DNA from: Klebsormidium nitens
Taxonomy: Eukaryota; Plantae; Klebsormidiophyceae
Assembly: GCA_000708835.1 (NCBI GenBank)
Contig: DF237084.1
Span: 115,697 to 179,696 of the forward strand
Length of the DNA stretch: 64,000 bases
Reading direction: 5' to 3'
Part shown: positions 11,028 through 25,300 of the stretch, piece after piece
Position numbering within the stretch: position 1 is the stretch's first letter
Layout of the letters: the number at the start of each line of letters is the position of its first letter
Notes under the pieces: model-generated
Seen by the model: the letters and a program-made list of their open reading frames with translations, nothing else
What the model was told of the DNA's origin: nothing
The model's database searches: none
Translations under genes and position numbers: made by a program

Positions 11028-13269
11028 CTACTTCAAGTGCTCCTTGAACCACTGAGATGCATCGTGAAACGCTTCCTCTTTTGCCTTCTTGATCAACTCT
11101 ACCTTGTCGTCTCCTCTTACAGCAAACCCGTGAAACGTGCCGGGAAAGTATTTGATCCTCAACCTATCCGCAAGACTCTCCTTCTCAATGATCTCCTGGG
11201 CTTGCTCGCGCGCTTTGTCCGAAAACGCAAAGTCCGCCTCGGCTGCGATGATCAAACCCGGTACCTTGTTGGTGTTGATGTCGGCAGGGACAGAGACCTG
11301 GGAATGTGCAACGACGAACGTGTCGATGACGCCCTCCTTCTTGGCGATCATGAAAATGGGCGTGCCCCCGTAGCAGTATCCAATCATGCCGACCTTCGTG
11401 ATCCCTGTACACGAGAAAAAAGACACGTGTCTCTGCCGTGGCCTCGAATGGACTTTGACACCACCCCATTGATCGTAGCACCACCATGGTTCTGATGAGG
11501 GCAGTCTATTTTGTCAAAGCGGAACTGACCTTTGTAGGAATGCAAAGCAGGCGGTCTGGATACGGGTGGAAAGCGGAGGTGGTCGGAAGCGACCCCGAAT
11601 GCGATCCGACCTTGAGACGTGCATAATCTCCGCGAAGAACCATTTTTTCAAGGATATATCTTACTTCGTCAGAGATCGAAAGCAGTTCCGCGGATGCAAA
11701 GCAGAACAGTTGGATACGTCAGATTGATTTTAAAATTGGCTCCTTTGGACGAAAAGCTTCTTGACCCTATGAATTTCGCCGAGCCAAGCACTCTCCGTTC
11801 AGACGGGTTCAACTCATGCTCGTACAGACCAGTGTAAGAGTCTGTTTTCAAACAGCTTAAACCTCGAGAGCGGTGTCTGGCCCCAGAACGAAGAGGTGAA
11901 AACTGCTCAAATTTCAGCCCTTCTAAAGCCCGCAAGGTGAGCCCCTCAGAGTGATCAAGGTCAGGGGATTAAAAGGCGGGGGTTAGTACGTACAGCGCTG
12001 ACGAAATACAAGCGTATCTTGTGTCCGATCCTTGGAACTGATCGGATCGGTATAAGAGCAAAACACCGCGGAGAGAACCCAGTATACAGATTCACCAATG
12101 TCGCCTCGACCTGCCCAACAACCCTCCAATCGCAATTGCAGAGTAAAAACTTCGAGAACCACTCGAAGATCCTTCTCAAAGTTACTGAAGCTGACTATAC
12201 TGTGCCTTTGCCTCGTTGATGACTTCACACGATTGCCCCGACACGTGGCACTAGCGCCTGCAAGAGAACCTTCACAAGCTTGTGCAGCAGGTGTGATTAC
12301 CCACCGTGTTTCTCCTTGACCTCCTTGATAACCGCCTCCAAAAGCGGGACCTTAGTTCCGGGGCGATTCCTGATGTTGAACCACAGCAAAAAGGGCGCCA
12401 GGGACAGGACGGTGGTAATACGGGAGAACAAACTGGGGGGCCCCGCCGGGTCGCCGGGGATCCCGCTGATCTTTGGCAGAGCGTCCAGCATCCAGCGAGG
12501 GAGCGCCCCGCCGTTGAACATGTCGGGGACGACCGTGAGGAAGCCGTCCTTGGCAAACGCATCTGGACAGTTTTGGGAATCAGGCGTTGAGCTTCTGGGG
12601 TCTCAGTCTTGACAGACAAGGATCGCAAGCTCAGAGTTGGCGATCCTCTTATTACAGACGTTTTGAAAATGACCAGAAATAAGGAGGTTGTCCTCAGAAC
12701 TTGCATCTGCGATATGAGAACAGAGGATTGAGACATGGATCAGGCACGGAATAGGGCCTGTAGTTGCACTGCTTTCGTTCTTGTGTGATAGTGCGTGTGA
12801 CTCCTGTTGACGCTTCTAAGTCTTCAGCATTGTAGTATCTTCATACCTTGTTCTGCCACACACTGTGGGTAGGATAAGCAGAAAAGAAAGTTGCAGTTGA
12901 ATAATGCACAAAGATCAATCTGTGTGGGGCGAGAGCAATCTGATAAGAATGAAAGCTTCTTTTGATGGAACTCATGTTGTTCATGACATCAAGGAAATTA
13001 GGAATGCGATCTCTGATTGATAGGGCATATCCCAGGCTGTCAAGGGATCCCAAAGAAAGGCAGTACAGCAGCGGTGTCTGGCTCTTACCAGCAATCAACT
13101 GCACATTTGACAACCTGTGGCCAAAGACGTCCGTCGAGATCACGATGGCCTCCTTTGATGGCTCCTTTGGTTTTGCCACGTAAGCTTCCACTCCCCCAAT
13201 CTGGATGTACTCCCCTGTGGGAGTGCCCTCACTGATGTGGCCAGTGATGCAACACGCCCGTGTGGCCAT
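11028..13269 (-). CDS. Dienelactone hydrolase family alpha/beta-hydrolase; exons 13269-13089, 12562-12305, 11404-11028 (271 aa)
   Basis: CCxxG start, TDVFG motif, nucleophile elbow GYCYGG, C-terminal GTFHGFAVRGD. Exons total 816 nt with consistent phases. Confidence 0.92.
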
Positions 13270-14929
13270 GGGGAGTAATCGTGCTCAGTGCCACCGCTTG
13301 GTGGACGCTTCTGGCCTGGTGGAAGCGAGAGTGTTCAGACAAGAGCAGGGTCCTGAAAAAGGGGGCCTTTCCTTTCCCTGTTCACACAAGGGATGAGCTG
13401 AAACCATGAACATCTGCTCAAGGTTGCACAGAGATCACCTGATTGCTTTGAAAGAAGCATGCAGCTCTCAAATGGGATGTGGTATGGTATGTATCAAATC
13501 GCCAAGCACAATGACCTGAAAGGAAGTGTGTGCAATGCATGCCGACCTATGACCCACCAGCAGCTCACGTTTGACCTGCAACCTGTGAGCTGCTCAGCTG
13601 AATCAACTCCATCATAAGCTGCAGACTGATCAGCGCAGGTTCTCCTCACCTTTTTCGGCAGCACTCCAAGCTGGTCCCAAGGCCAGCGCAGCTGATGTCA
13701 GCGCTCGAGAGTATGAAATCCTCGTCTTCGTCTGTTGCTGCTGACTAACACGTTGCATTCGCTCCCTACGGACTCCTGTACCTCTTTACAAAAGGAAGCT
13801 TTTGGTTTGGAATCTGTCCATTCTCGTGAGACTCGCAGAAAGATGCGAGACGTTCACAACGTCATGACGCCAACCACCACAAGTGGGCCGTTCAGCCATG
13901 ATGATGTCACATTCACATCAGCAGAAAGGGCGCCAGCAAGTTGCCTGTCTGTCCTGTTTTTAACCAGATTTGCCTCAGATGCCGCTCTTTATAACGGTTT
14001 CCAATACACGACGGCATGACAAGACTGTTGGTGAACCGGTTTTAAAGACGGCCGATCGGGGTGAAGGGTTTACCCCAACAGTACGGAGCTTAACCTACCT
14101 TAACCCTCCATAATGCAATCGCCTTAGATAAAGATGTGCATGCGGGCAAACTTTGAAGCTGAAAAGGTTCCTTCACTGCTGCAGCCTTCAGCAAAAGCTC
14201 ACGCTTCGCGTTGAGACAGAAAGCTATCAAGCAAGATACCTTCCTGCTTCCTGCTCCGGGTTAGCGCTTTTCTATTCTGAGAATCCCTCCCCTGAGCTGT
14301 ACGGTGGTGAGGAGTACGGACGATCATAAAGCTCGTTGAGTAGCGGCCTGGGCTCAAACAGGCAACCATACGCCTTCAAGTCCTACGTTTTTAGGTTTTG
14401 AAATGCCGGCTTGTGGGTTTAAGAGAGTCTTATTTTCAAGAGGTTGTTTGGAAGGGGCCAAAGCAAGTTTACCACTGTTTGGAGAGGAGCCATGTCCTGG
14501 AAACCTGGGAACAGAAGCAGGTGAGATTTTCGCTGTCCCGTCCAGGTCATGCTGATACTTGGTTTGTGCTAGAACATAGTTTGATTTCACGGGCAAGAAG
14601 CTGCAAGGGCAGACTGCAGAATGCAATTATCAAGAGCTCTTTCCAGAGGTGTCACAGAGTAGACTCTGGCATCATGATGAAGGGAGGAACTCGTCTGAAA
14701 GTGGTCTTCTTTGGCTTGGACTAGGGGCTTGAATCATCTGCTGCAGGCCTGTGTCCACGATTATGCCTTGCCAACATGTTTGCTTAATTGAACTATCTTG
14801 TCCAGCCTCTTGGCAGATTGCACTGGGCGATGGCTGTCCGGCTATGTGCAACTCTGACAGAGAAGCGCACGACTGTCTAATCATGCAGCAAGTAGAGTGC
14901 CTGGCTTGCTGACAACTTTGTTTGTGTTC

Positions 14930-15033
14930 AAAGCGTCTCAGCTTCTGCTGTCAGATACTTGACACCATCAGAGGAGGCTTGTTAAAGCGTCTCTGCTTGT
15001 GCTGTTAGATACTTGACACCATCAAAGGGGGCT
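14930..15033. repeat. 54-bp tandem duplication
   Basis: AAAGCGTCTC...GATACTTGACACCATCA starts at 14930 and again at 14984. Confidence 0.8.
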
Positions 15034-15275
15034 GAGGGTCTTCCTGCTTTGCAACTGAGTGATGAAAATACTTTCTTTTCCATGTGAACTCTCTGGATTC
15101 TGGAGAAATGAATGATCAGCTAAGTGGTTCAACGGTCACAGTAAAGGTATCCTGACGGCTCAGCATGGTCAGTCCAGTGTTCCACTTCGAGATTGCCCTC
15201 CTGTCCTGCTTTATTGAAGTGAGTCTCCCTGGCAGGGTTTACTTGACCTACTGAGCACGTATCATTGTTCTGCAG

Positions 15276-16536
15276 AGATGGCTTAAACAACCGGGCTAGC
15301 CTTTTGGGCGGTGACAGTGAACAAATTCAGCTGCGGATAGATCCAAGAGACCAGGACTTGGACACAGAAATAGAAGGGCTGATGGGGAAGGTGGGCCGGT
15401 TAAAACAGGTGCGTGCCTTCAGTCCGCTCCTTGTCCCAAACCTTCGAGTACCTGCTGAATTGCCTGCAAGGCTCTTACGGGACCCTGCTCTGAGCAGGGT
15501 CCAAGAAAGTGTTGTAAGGAAAACTTCTTTGCTAGGCGGCGAGTAAATTTTGCATGGTGCTCGGTGCTGAGTCGGACTACTTTATTTTCACGAGATTCGT
15601 TTCGTCCAGTCGTCAACAGTATATGTCGAAGGCCACAGCCCTTTCTTAAACAAGACAAGAGTCTGCAATTGTACTTTGGCTGTCGTGAGAAGTAACCAGG
15701 TACGCGCCACAAGTTATATGGCACCCCGCTAAAGGCTCCAAATAAGAACGACCTGACTACAAACGATTCTGGCATCATCAGGAGTTGCAGTCCTTCGACT
15801 TTGAGAATCAGAACCGGAATCGTTTTGTTTCTGCACTCTCGCTGTCTGTTGTTTCGGACTTCTTGTTCGAACGTGGCGTTTGTTACTTGTGCACATCGCC
15901 CGTATCATGGGCCTGATTGTTCGGTCCAAATAAGATTGTCTTGTACAGACGTTTTTTGACGCAGCCGATACAGTTTCTACATTTTCAATCTCCACTTGAT
16001 GTGGGCAGCTTCGTGTTTGTTTGACGTTTTACCCTCTATGTACACCGTTCGCGCATCAGCTGAGATGGTCAAGATCGGAAACCGATGTGTTTTTCCCCTC
16101 TCTTTCTGCCAGGTCACGAGCCTGATCGAGGAGGAAACGAAAACGCAAAACGCTCTTATAAACAACCTGGTAAGAAGTAAGAAGTCTCGAGTCTCCCCCG
16201 GTTTTTTTGTGTCCGTGGCCTTCAAGCTGCTGTAGGTCTTGTGCTCGTGGTTTGAGTTTGCGCGGATTCCTCGATCATGACTTAGCTTGTGCTGGCCACC
16301 TGAGAATGTCTTACTTGCATCTCCTTTCCTTCCCGGTCTCACCCGTCTGAGAACGGACTCTTTTTGCCTTTTGCTTGCAGGAAGACACCGTAGCGAAAGC
16401 AAATGCGATGCTGAAAACAATGGGTAAACGATTAGATAGAAGTCTCAAGGTTAGCACGAATGGGCATCTCTTACACGTGATTCTATTTGCAACCGCATGC
16501 TTCTTTTGTGTGTACCTTTGGTCAAAATTTAGGTGA
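15276..16536 (+). CDS. Bet1/SFT1-like Qc-SNARE, first coding exon not located; exons 15276-15408, 16113-16169, 16381-16536
   Basis: EQIQLRIDPRDQDLDTEIEGLMGKVGRLKQ|VTSLIEEETKTQNALINNL|EDTVAKANAML...HLLHVILFATACFFCVYLWSKFR*. This is a SNARE helix plus C-terminal transmembrane anchor like plant SFT11/12. Confidence 0.85.
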
Positions 16537-19500
16537 GACAGTTGCACAAGCGTCACGGCTGCTTCCAGCCGTGTTCGACATGACACCGAGAGTTTCTCAA
16601 CTTTTTGACGGCAATAGCGGACGCCTTCAATCTATATCGGTGTTGGATCCACTTTTGGAAAGCTTAAAGTCTAGTCGGATGAACATCATATATGCACTTT
16701 TGATATACTGAGTTTTGCATTTCGAGTTTTGCATTTCGAGTGAACTCGAAAAAGCTCTACTCATTTGGCGAAAACGTGCAGTGTGCGAGCCGGGTCTCTC
16801 ATGTACAGTCCAATACAAACCATATCGGCTAAGCCGGCTAGGCAGACGATTGACGGTCATCGTATGCAGCTGGCATGCACACCTATATGGACATGCAGCG
16901 ACAGACCGCTCATAATATGTCGATTGCTGGGCACCAATCAGTCTATACTGATCATAAGACCCATCCTTGGTTACAGTGCAGACACATGCATGTGCCGCCT
17001 GGCTAGGTTTTGACCATCATGGGCCGGGCTTGACTAAACCCCGTTGTTATGAGGCGCAAACCCTAGTGGATAATATATCGAGCACAACATATGCACCTTT
17101 GTTATATATACAACTAAATGTCACGGCGTGACAAAAGCTAGCTGCTAGCCAGAAGACGATCGTGCAGTATGACACGCGCACATGTGAACGGTTCCGCATG
17201 TTTCATCATAGCATGTGATAGTCGAGTTCATACACGGTCGGAAGTACGTCATATAAGTCTCGATGCTTTTCAATGAGCGCCAGCTCACTACGGCTTACAA
17301 AACAGCGCCTAGCATCAAACGCACGCATAACAGGATATTCTTGAATGCATGCCATCATGTACTTCAGATTTCGTGATGGACGTCTACGTACATCAAGGCG
17401 CTCAGCCGTTGAATCGTCTGGTAAGTCAACAGGTAAGATGTCGATGAATCTAAAATAAGCAGCTGGATCAAGCCGCCGGCCAGGATGAAATAGCATACGC
17501 TATCAAGTATTTTGAACGCTTAAGGAGACATCACGAGCCGTCCCAACGTCACGGTCCAGCGCATCAGCCTGCAGGAATCTGGTTGTGCTTAGGGGCAGCC
17601 TGAAGTAGGACTATGAATAATCGTCTCTAAGGTCTATGTACACCCAGAAGAGTGCCATACTTCCAACTTCCGGTTCCAGCGTGCTTTGGACAAGAAAAGT
17701 TTCTAAACACTATTTCGTCACGCATTCTCATGTGCTTGGCAGGATCTGACAAACTCAGATTGCTGAACGTGACCGTTCGACACTTCGTGTTCAAACATCA
17801 GCTCCGAATTCCATCTGTATTTTACTATAATAGAGTCGGCCAATCAAGGCGAGCACACCACGACCAGGCAAACGGCAAGGTCTGATGCTCGTGCGCATGC
17901 GTCACATATCTCATCGGGCTCGACCGGGCTCGGATCGCTTACACATGGCAAAGCTTCGGGCGCGGGTGGGTCTGAAGAGTGTGGTACGCGATCCAATGCG
18001 CTGTTGACTTCCGGCCACTCCCCCAGCTGGTGCGACCGCTGACTCTGGCCACTGCAATGGAAAGGGGCGAGAAAGAAGATAGCGTTGTGGGGCCCATAGA
18101 CGACAGCTGTGGAAAGCTGAAAGTTATGGCTCGTGACTTTTATCAGCTCCGAGTCAGCTTGAGAACTTTGCATTCAATGGTCAACGGCTGAGTAAAGCTG
18201 ACGAGTGCTATACATCCGAATCGAAACACGTGAAGGAGTTCCAACAAATTGTAGAGACTGATTTTGAAAGCCTATCTTGCCTGAAATAGATAGAAGATTC
18301 CATAGCAGTATGTTGAAAACAATAAGCATTGAAGCTAGAATGATATGTGACTTCGATTGACGTTCAATTGACCGAAGCGCCTTGTCAACGTAGTCGAGAA
18401 CTGTCCAAGTTGGAGACGTCTTACTCGGCTAGAAAGCTTTCAAGCGATTCTCCTTTACCACGTGAGCCTGCCTGTTGACTCGTTGCGGACGGTTCTGGCG
18501 ACCTGAGAGAGGAGAGGTGCAAGACATGTGAATAAGGCTGACTTGCTCAATTCAAGCATCCACACTTCCTTGATCTTCATTCTGCAAGAACTGATGTGTT
18601 GAATCTCGAGAACCTCAAGATTCCTAACATTCAAAGTTTAGAGGAAATCAAGTGCTGGTATGAGGGGTCCCTAGTGAACCTCCTGGCTCCTGTCGCTTGA
18701 TCAATCTCGAGCAGCTTTCAGGACCGCCAAAGGTAAGGACTTGCTGCGTTCCTGTCTCCACGAGCCTGCTTCTGAGACTATGAAGACCTTCACAGTGTCT
18801 GTAACAAGAAAGCCATACAGAATCTTACGTCCAGCCTGCCTTCTCACGCCTTCTTGGCTGCTCAGACCCTCGTGCATGTCAGCTTGAATTGAATAGACCG
18901 ACAGGACCCAAATACTACCGAGATGGCAGCGTTTTACCTTTCGCTCTGCTCTTGCGGTCCTGGTATCTTCTTTCCGATATCAGCAGCTTCGTCGTGCTGC
19001 GTGCTTGGCCTCGTTTCAGCGAGTGGGGGGCGTTCGTGGGCCATCTCTGTCCCCCCGGTCACGTCTTGCAGACCCTCCGACCTAACCTCTAGTGCAGGGC
19101 TCCTTTCGACCTGGATTGCTTTGTTCCCCGTGCCCACAGAAACCAGACGGTTCTCGGTGCCTTTGTTCGAGACGTTAAGTCGTATATTTGGTGAGAAAAG
19201 CCCGGGCTGGTTTAACGTTCGCACTTCCTGAGCGGAGCGTTGTCCACCATGTTGTCGAATATCGAAGCTAAGTTCCGGTATATTTTTACAAGAGTGTTGA
19301 GAATTATGTCAGGGACACCTGGGCCTTACTCCTGTCTCCTCGAGCTTAGGAGGCACGCGCCCCAGCAGGCGCCTCATCAGAAGAATAGAATAAGTGCAAG
19401 CGTTCTCCCACAAAAATTCTCTGAAGCAAGTCCTTTTACAGTGGTTACTGCGGACCCTTCTAGTTCTGAAAAGTTGCATGCAGCGTCTATCGGGGGCGGT

Positions 19501-19591
19501 TACGCGGGCGCGCCCGCCGCGCTCGCACCGGCTCGCGCGCTCCTTGAAGTTTATCATTGGGGACAGCTCCCGAGAACAAAGTCCTTCGAAC

Positions 19592-20929
19592 ATGGACGAA
19601 CGGCGAAGCCGCTTGACATCCTACCCGAGAAACCCGCTACAGGTTCCAGGGCGGGGACCTCGATCCGCGAGAACGGGGTCTGCATGCAGATGTCACGGTT
19701 GCATGCAGTAAGCATGCATGCATTATCCACATAAACATTCATACCGTCGCAGAACCTTATTGCCGAAGGAAAGCTCGAAGAAAGCACCCGATTGAGCGAG
19801 CGCCATTTCACAAGAGACTTGCGCAAACCGCTACTGGAAGGAGGGCAAAACTCGGTAGATTGTGTATTTTTTGGGGGCCAAAGCTTGCATGCCGCAGGTC
19901 TTTGAAGCAGGATTTTACGTCTTCCAAGTTAATTGTGGTCCTCTTCACTAACTTGAGACATTGTAAAGTCTGATAGAGGACGGAATCTGCCTTTAATTCA
20001 AGGATGGCTTCCAAGCAGGCCGAAAGGCAGGAGAATAAGGACACCAGTGGTTCAAAGGGGTAAGCTAGAGCCGAGAGCGTGCTTTGCAGAGTTTGCTCTG
20101 CTTTGTTTTCGTTCACCGAGTAGTGGCCTGAGCATTGTTTGAGCAACTTGAAAGACGTTAGAAGAGCTGCTCGCATTTTATCCGAGGCGGAAGTTGACTT
20201 GGGTGGTAGGAAGAAATACCAATTAGAATAGAGGCTGCTGCAGGTCTTCTCCGAAACAGACTTTTCGTTACTCGGAAAGCTGAGCTTTTCAGCTTCGGAT
20301 TCAAGGTTTGGATTTACTCGCAGTTTCCCTTTGATCCAAACTTAATAGCGGAAAAAGCGGCTCCTTTTCTATCTCAAGCTACTTCCGAATCAGAAACTTG
20401 GTGTTCTGGCACTGTAATAGATTTCAACCCGTTACATGGCTCTTCTGACTTACAGCAGACTGGTTGCAAACCCAATGCAAGCCTGTGCAGCTTGTCTGCT
20501 GGGATAATGATTACTGTGACGCAAGCTGATATTTTCGTTTTGCAGCACCGCTTCTCTATCGACATAATTAAAGTTTACAATCAGAAGTCAATGAAGTTTT
20601 TTTGAAGACGGACAACCCTCTCCTTGCTTTTGAACCCCTGCCATTTCGTACACTTCAGGCTGCCTTCAACACCCCAAACTGCCGCCCCGTTTTTCGACAC
20701 TGGCCGCGGCGTCTACTACGACCCCGCTTCGAATGAGACGGTCGCCCTCGAGCCCCCGAAAGACGACCCCCGGTCGGGCCTGGTGGTTGAGCACGTGCCT
20801 GTGGAACAGGCAATCAAGGAGGCAGAAATGTCCGGTAGAAGGCTCCCCGAGCCCGGCCCCTGGCAAGAAGTCGGGCGGGGCGCTGAGGCGTCCAGAGAAG
20901 AAGCCGAGAAGCAGTCGCAGGGGCAGTGA
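19592..20929 (+). CDS. Small hypothetical two-exon gene (19592-19707, 20659-20929) with a short OCRE-like aromatic motif
   Basis: GC-rich, coding-like 3' exon after a CTTCAG acceptor (FFDTGRGVYYDPASNETVALEPP...). A phase-2 donor GCA|GTAAGC at 19707 matches its phase. The 5' exon is tentative. Confidence 0.35.
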
Positions 20930-22360
20930 AGACTTAGGAGGCGTTTATTGTTAGATTGAATAGCTTGGGACCGAGGGGATGCCCGAAGCATCTGGGCCAA
21001 AGCAGAACGTGCGAAAATTCCATTCTGATATCAGTTACTAGTCTGGAACGGATCTAGATTTAGTTGTAACGATTCAAATGAGAAACGAAGCTGATGCACT
21101 TCGAAAAGAGTTCCACATCTGGGCAAGCGCGAGTTGACGTTCATCTTATCAACCGCTTGTTGAATTCCCTTTTCAATCACCCTTTTGCTAATTTTTGTCA
21201 GATCCGGATACATACCTAGAGACGTTGGGTCCAGCCGATCCCCTTCGCTCGAGCGCTTTTTCAAGATTCTGGCGCTCATATCAAATGGTTCGCTGTTGAG
21301 GTACCCTCCGCGTGATGCATGTTCTTTAACCGAACAGAAGTGCACGACTATTCGATGCGGCTACTATACCCCGTTCCGCCCCATCTGTTCCTTGCAATGA
21401 AGACACGTCTGGTCATTGCTTTCCATGCAGCGCATGCATAAACTTCATCCATCAATCTATTCAACAGATCAGCTAGATTATGTTAGGGTGTGGTTTTATC
21501 CTTGTAAATCATAGTGAAAGGTCGTTACTTGCGGTTTTCAAGGTTCGTCCATGCAATTCTTATACATTCGATACATCGTGTGAAGATGCATCAATATGCA
21601 AACACGTTGCACACCCACCAAGGCGTAATTGTTGGACCCTTTGAATCATGTATTCTCGTCTCGAGCATGTCTACTAGCGCGCACCTATCTTGAATAGTGC
21701 GCCTTCACCAAGTTCGACTAGGAACGTATACTTGGAGGCGCGCACAATCTGAATGCCCAATAAAACCGTCCTTGGGAAGCTCCTGCCGCTGTAGCTATGG
21801 TGCTTCGAAATTGTCGTTATAAAGACTCTCTCCTTTCGAGGACGTCAATGCCGCACTATTCAAGTTGGTACTACTGTAGGACTCGCTACTGACAGTGCCG
21901 GCTTCGACACAGGAGACAAGGGATTGAGGTGCCCCAAGAGTAATGGGTATGAATTCAAGGGAAGAACGAACGGCCCTGATGATGCCTGACACGGCTTGAA
22001 CATTGCATAATTCTACACTATCAAACTTTGGAGGCAGCTACTATATATCTGGGCCGACTGGGCCATCTGGACCGAGCTTTGTGTACAAGAGTCTCGTCTC
22101 CTACTCGCGCCTAGAACCGCACTACCATGAGGGCCCTGTGCTTTCTTCTGAAAAGAGATCCGATCTCACAGTGCAAACCGCCATTCATTTCTTGAAGATG
22201 AGGCGCTTCTTTCGAAGAACGGGCGCTTCTTTACGCAACAAAACGAAGGCACCGCTTTGGAACTCTTACATCAAACTTCTCCGCAAAGCATAATCTTGCC
22301 TACTCACTCGTCGGGAAAGAGCTCTTCGCTACTAGAGCTAGCTGCTACTTGAGCGCGGTG

Positions 22361-25300
22361 ATGCACCGGATCTTAGCGAGCCGTCGGGAGAGGCAGCTCA
22401 TGCTTTTGGGCGACGCCCCGCGCGGGGCGCCCAGCCTTTGGCCGCCCGAATCCGCCGAAGCGGGTGACGTGGCGGATCTTCAGTTCTCCTCCAAGGACTT
22501 TTTCACGCGGGGTGCTGGGAGCACGAAGGGCGGCGCCACTTTTCTGTCCGAAAAGTGGATCTCTGCGGAGGGGCCTTCCGGCGACTCCAGCCAGGCGGAA
22601 AGGCGGGGGAAGGGTCGCCTTTTTGGACCTCCTGTGTCAGGTCTGCAAGTTCCAACTGGGCTGCATGGGAATAATTCTCAGAACCGGGAAAAGGAATCTG
22701 AGAGATCCAAGTCTGTTCTGCCTCTAGAGGCGGGTTCAGCCGTTGTTGCGCGCGCGCCTCAAGGGGCGGAGATTGTATGGGAGACAGGCAGGAACGAGAA
22801 TGGCCCTTCGTCAGAACTTGTCCAAGGGAAAGATGTGATTGGAAGGAATGTGGACGAGAATTTGCTGGAAGTTGGGCGACAAGAACCGTTGGTCGAGGCA
22901 GAGACTGGTCGCCAAGAAGCGTTGATTGAGCAGGAAGAGAGTTTGGAAGAACAGGCAGAGAGGGCCCTGGCCCAGTTGAAGCGGGACAGCGAGGGGGAGA
23001 TCTTGAGGGATCCCTCTTCTTCTGTTGTCGAGCCTTCCGGTCCAGGTGAGTTCGCCTGAGGAGGAGGTAAAACATTTGAACAGCTGATTTCGCTGCTTCT
23101 GATTGGACGGAGACCAGCAAAAACAACGCAAAGTTTTCAAGACGACTTGACAAGTATGGCCCTGCAACCTTGTTCTATTTCAATGCTCTCTTATCTTTAC
23201 TGTTTTTGGAGGGTTTAGTCAGGGCAAGCTGGATCTAAAGAGGACGCGCCGATGATCTTTCAATAATGAACGAAGAGGCATCAATCCACGAAGCTAGCAG
23301 TATACGGTAGGTCCTCATTTCTGAGGAAACTTCTAGGAGACTTTTGAAATTGATTCAAGTACGATGAAAAGATCTTCAATCCTTCTACCATAGACCTGCC
23401 TGTTTGAAATTGATGCATCGATCTCATCTTATGGTTAATCATTCCTCACCTGACTCTTCAGAGATATTATCTTCACGAAGTCACCACGCATGGGCAGCAA
23501 CGTCAATTCACAAGATTCTCCTGAAACTTTCACGTCTCTCTTTCGAGAATCAGCTTCACCGTTCTTTCCTCGTCCTCATAGGTTCTCCCTCTCTCTGTGG
23601 CTCCCCCGCTCTCTCCCCCCTCCCGTCTTCCACCAGCGACTTCTTCCACAGCCATCCCCTCCCCCGCCCCGACTTCGAGCGCATCCGCGCCGCGCTCGAC
23701 GCCGCGGACGCGCTCTTCAAAACCCCGTCCCCCTCCGGGTCCGCCGCGCTCGCGGCCGCGGCCGCGCTCCGCCAAACTTCCATGTCCCCAAACTCCGAGC
23801 TCTCCTCGCCGCGCTGGAGCGATCTCCCGGTTGTGTCCCTTCCCCCCCGGGTGCGGCGGCTCATCGCGGCCGCGAACCAGCTCATGCACACGCCACGTGG
23901 CAGCGGCGCATTGGACGGAGCCTCGTCCCCGCGGGCGCGCTCGGGGGACTCGCTCGAGGACGATCCAAGCTTGCGCTCGGATGAGGATACGGAACCGGTT
24001 GATATTTCCGGGGGAGTGCTAACCGGTCCAACGCGGTCTTTGCGTAACCTGCGCTTAACCTCCCCAAACGAAGAAAGACAAGGCGGTCCATCACTCCGAC
24101 CCTTGTACAGCAACTCCACCGGAGCAGGGAACGGGGAGCCCTTCTCAACCGGCAATATTGATCCTTTCCCCGACCAGGGGTCAAGCCCCCTTTCGCCACT
24201 CCCGGCCGATTCCCCAATCAGTTCTGCACTTTTCGGATCGAACCCGGTTATTCACAGCGACGCGGAGGACTCCCCGCACCGTCTGCCCGACCCCAACACG
24301 GGGCCCTTCTCGAGCGCCCGGGGCTTTCCACCGGGTCCCGACGAACTTCGGGTGGGGTTCTTTCAAACGGTGGAAACGGTCGATCAGGGTGTCTTTGCGA
24401 GCTTCGACTCAGTGACCGGGGGGCCTTTTCAACCGGGGATGATTCTTTGCGGGCAGGACTGTTCTCCCCGGAACGCTTCACCAACCGGAACGCCGACTAT
24501 GTTCATAAACACAGAAGCGCCTCAGACTAAGCGGTTAGTGATCCCCGACATCCAGTCAAAGTCTCTGGAGATCCCGTACGTTCCCCGGGTGGTCAAGCTT
24601 TCGCTGAAGCGCGCGGCCGCGAGCGCGGCCGCGCCGAAACCTCTGAAACCTCCCCACGCCCCCGGCAGCAGTTTCAAACTGCCCATTCAGTCGCCGTTCA
24701 GACGCACACCGGGGAAGAACTACTGGGACTTCAAGCACGTCGGGGGGGGAGCTCTGCGCCCGATCGCGACTGCGAAGGTACCCCCCGGTACGTACCAACC
24801 GGGCGAGGGGCAGCAGAACCCCAGCCCGCCGAGCTCGGGGACGGGGGGATCCCCCGACAGCGCGGCGTTTCCCCCGGCCAGTCCCCCGGAGGACGACTGG
24901 TTCGACTTGGACCTGTTTCAGGAGCAGCGGGCGCTGCCGAGGATCCGGACGAGACGCCGAACGAGCGGATCGGATCAGGTGAACAGCAAAAGAACGAAGG
25001 CGCCTTGCCCCTGCTTTGTTTGACCTTACCGGATCAAGATTTTCAAACCTATCTTATTACCTCTGGATTTCGAAAGTGAGTTGGCTTTGAGCAGAGCGTT
25101 GTGAGTGGATCAGGTGAGGACAAATCGTTTTTCTCCTTGCTTCTATTCTGATTAGGACGTACGTTTAAGCGAAGTGTTCGAGTTTCGTGGTGAGAAGGAC
25201 GTGGTTTCAGATCCTTGGCTCGTTATACTTTGCCACGGGTTCTGATTTAAACGGTTGATGCGAAGGGAAGTCGCTCGATTGGTAAGCCTGGCGTGTCCCC

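Noticed and set aside
14290-14330. ELYGGEEYGRS as first exon of the SNARE gene
   Set aside because: It resembles plant SFT N-termini but has no nearby in-frame ATG, ends in a stop, and has no suitable phase-2 donor.
15480-15502. Perfect 10-bp-stem hairpin GGACCCTGCT-CTG-AGCAGGGTCC in SNARE intron
   Set aside because: An isolated short stem with no element boundaries, plausible by chance in 64 kb.
17206-17496. 96-aa protein-like minus-strand ORF
   Set aside because: No recognisable motif or splice context. It may be a gene or transposon relic but cannot be assigned.
18530-20176. Leu-rich minus-strand fragments (TLNVRNLEVLEIQHIS; LQCLKLVKRTTINLED) as an LRR/F-box pseudogene
   Set aside because: Multiple stops and only weak periodicity, insufficient without a profile search.
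21031-21345. 104-aa minus-strand ORF
   Set aside because: No motif and no supporting splice sites.
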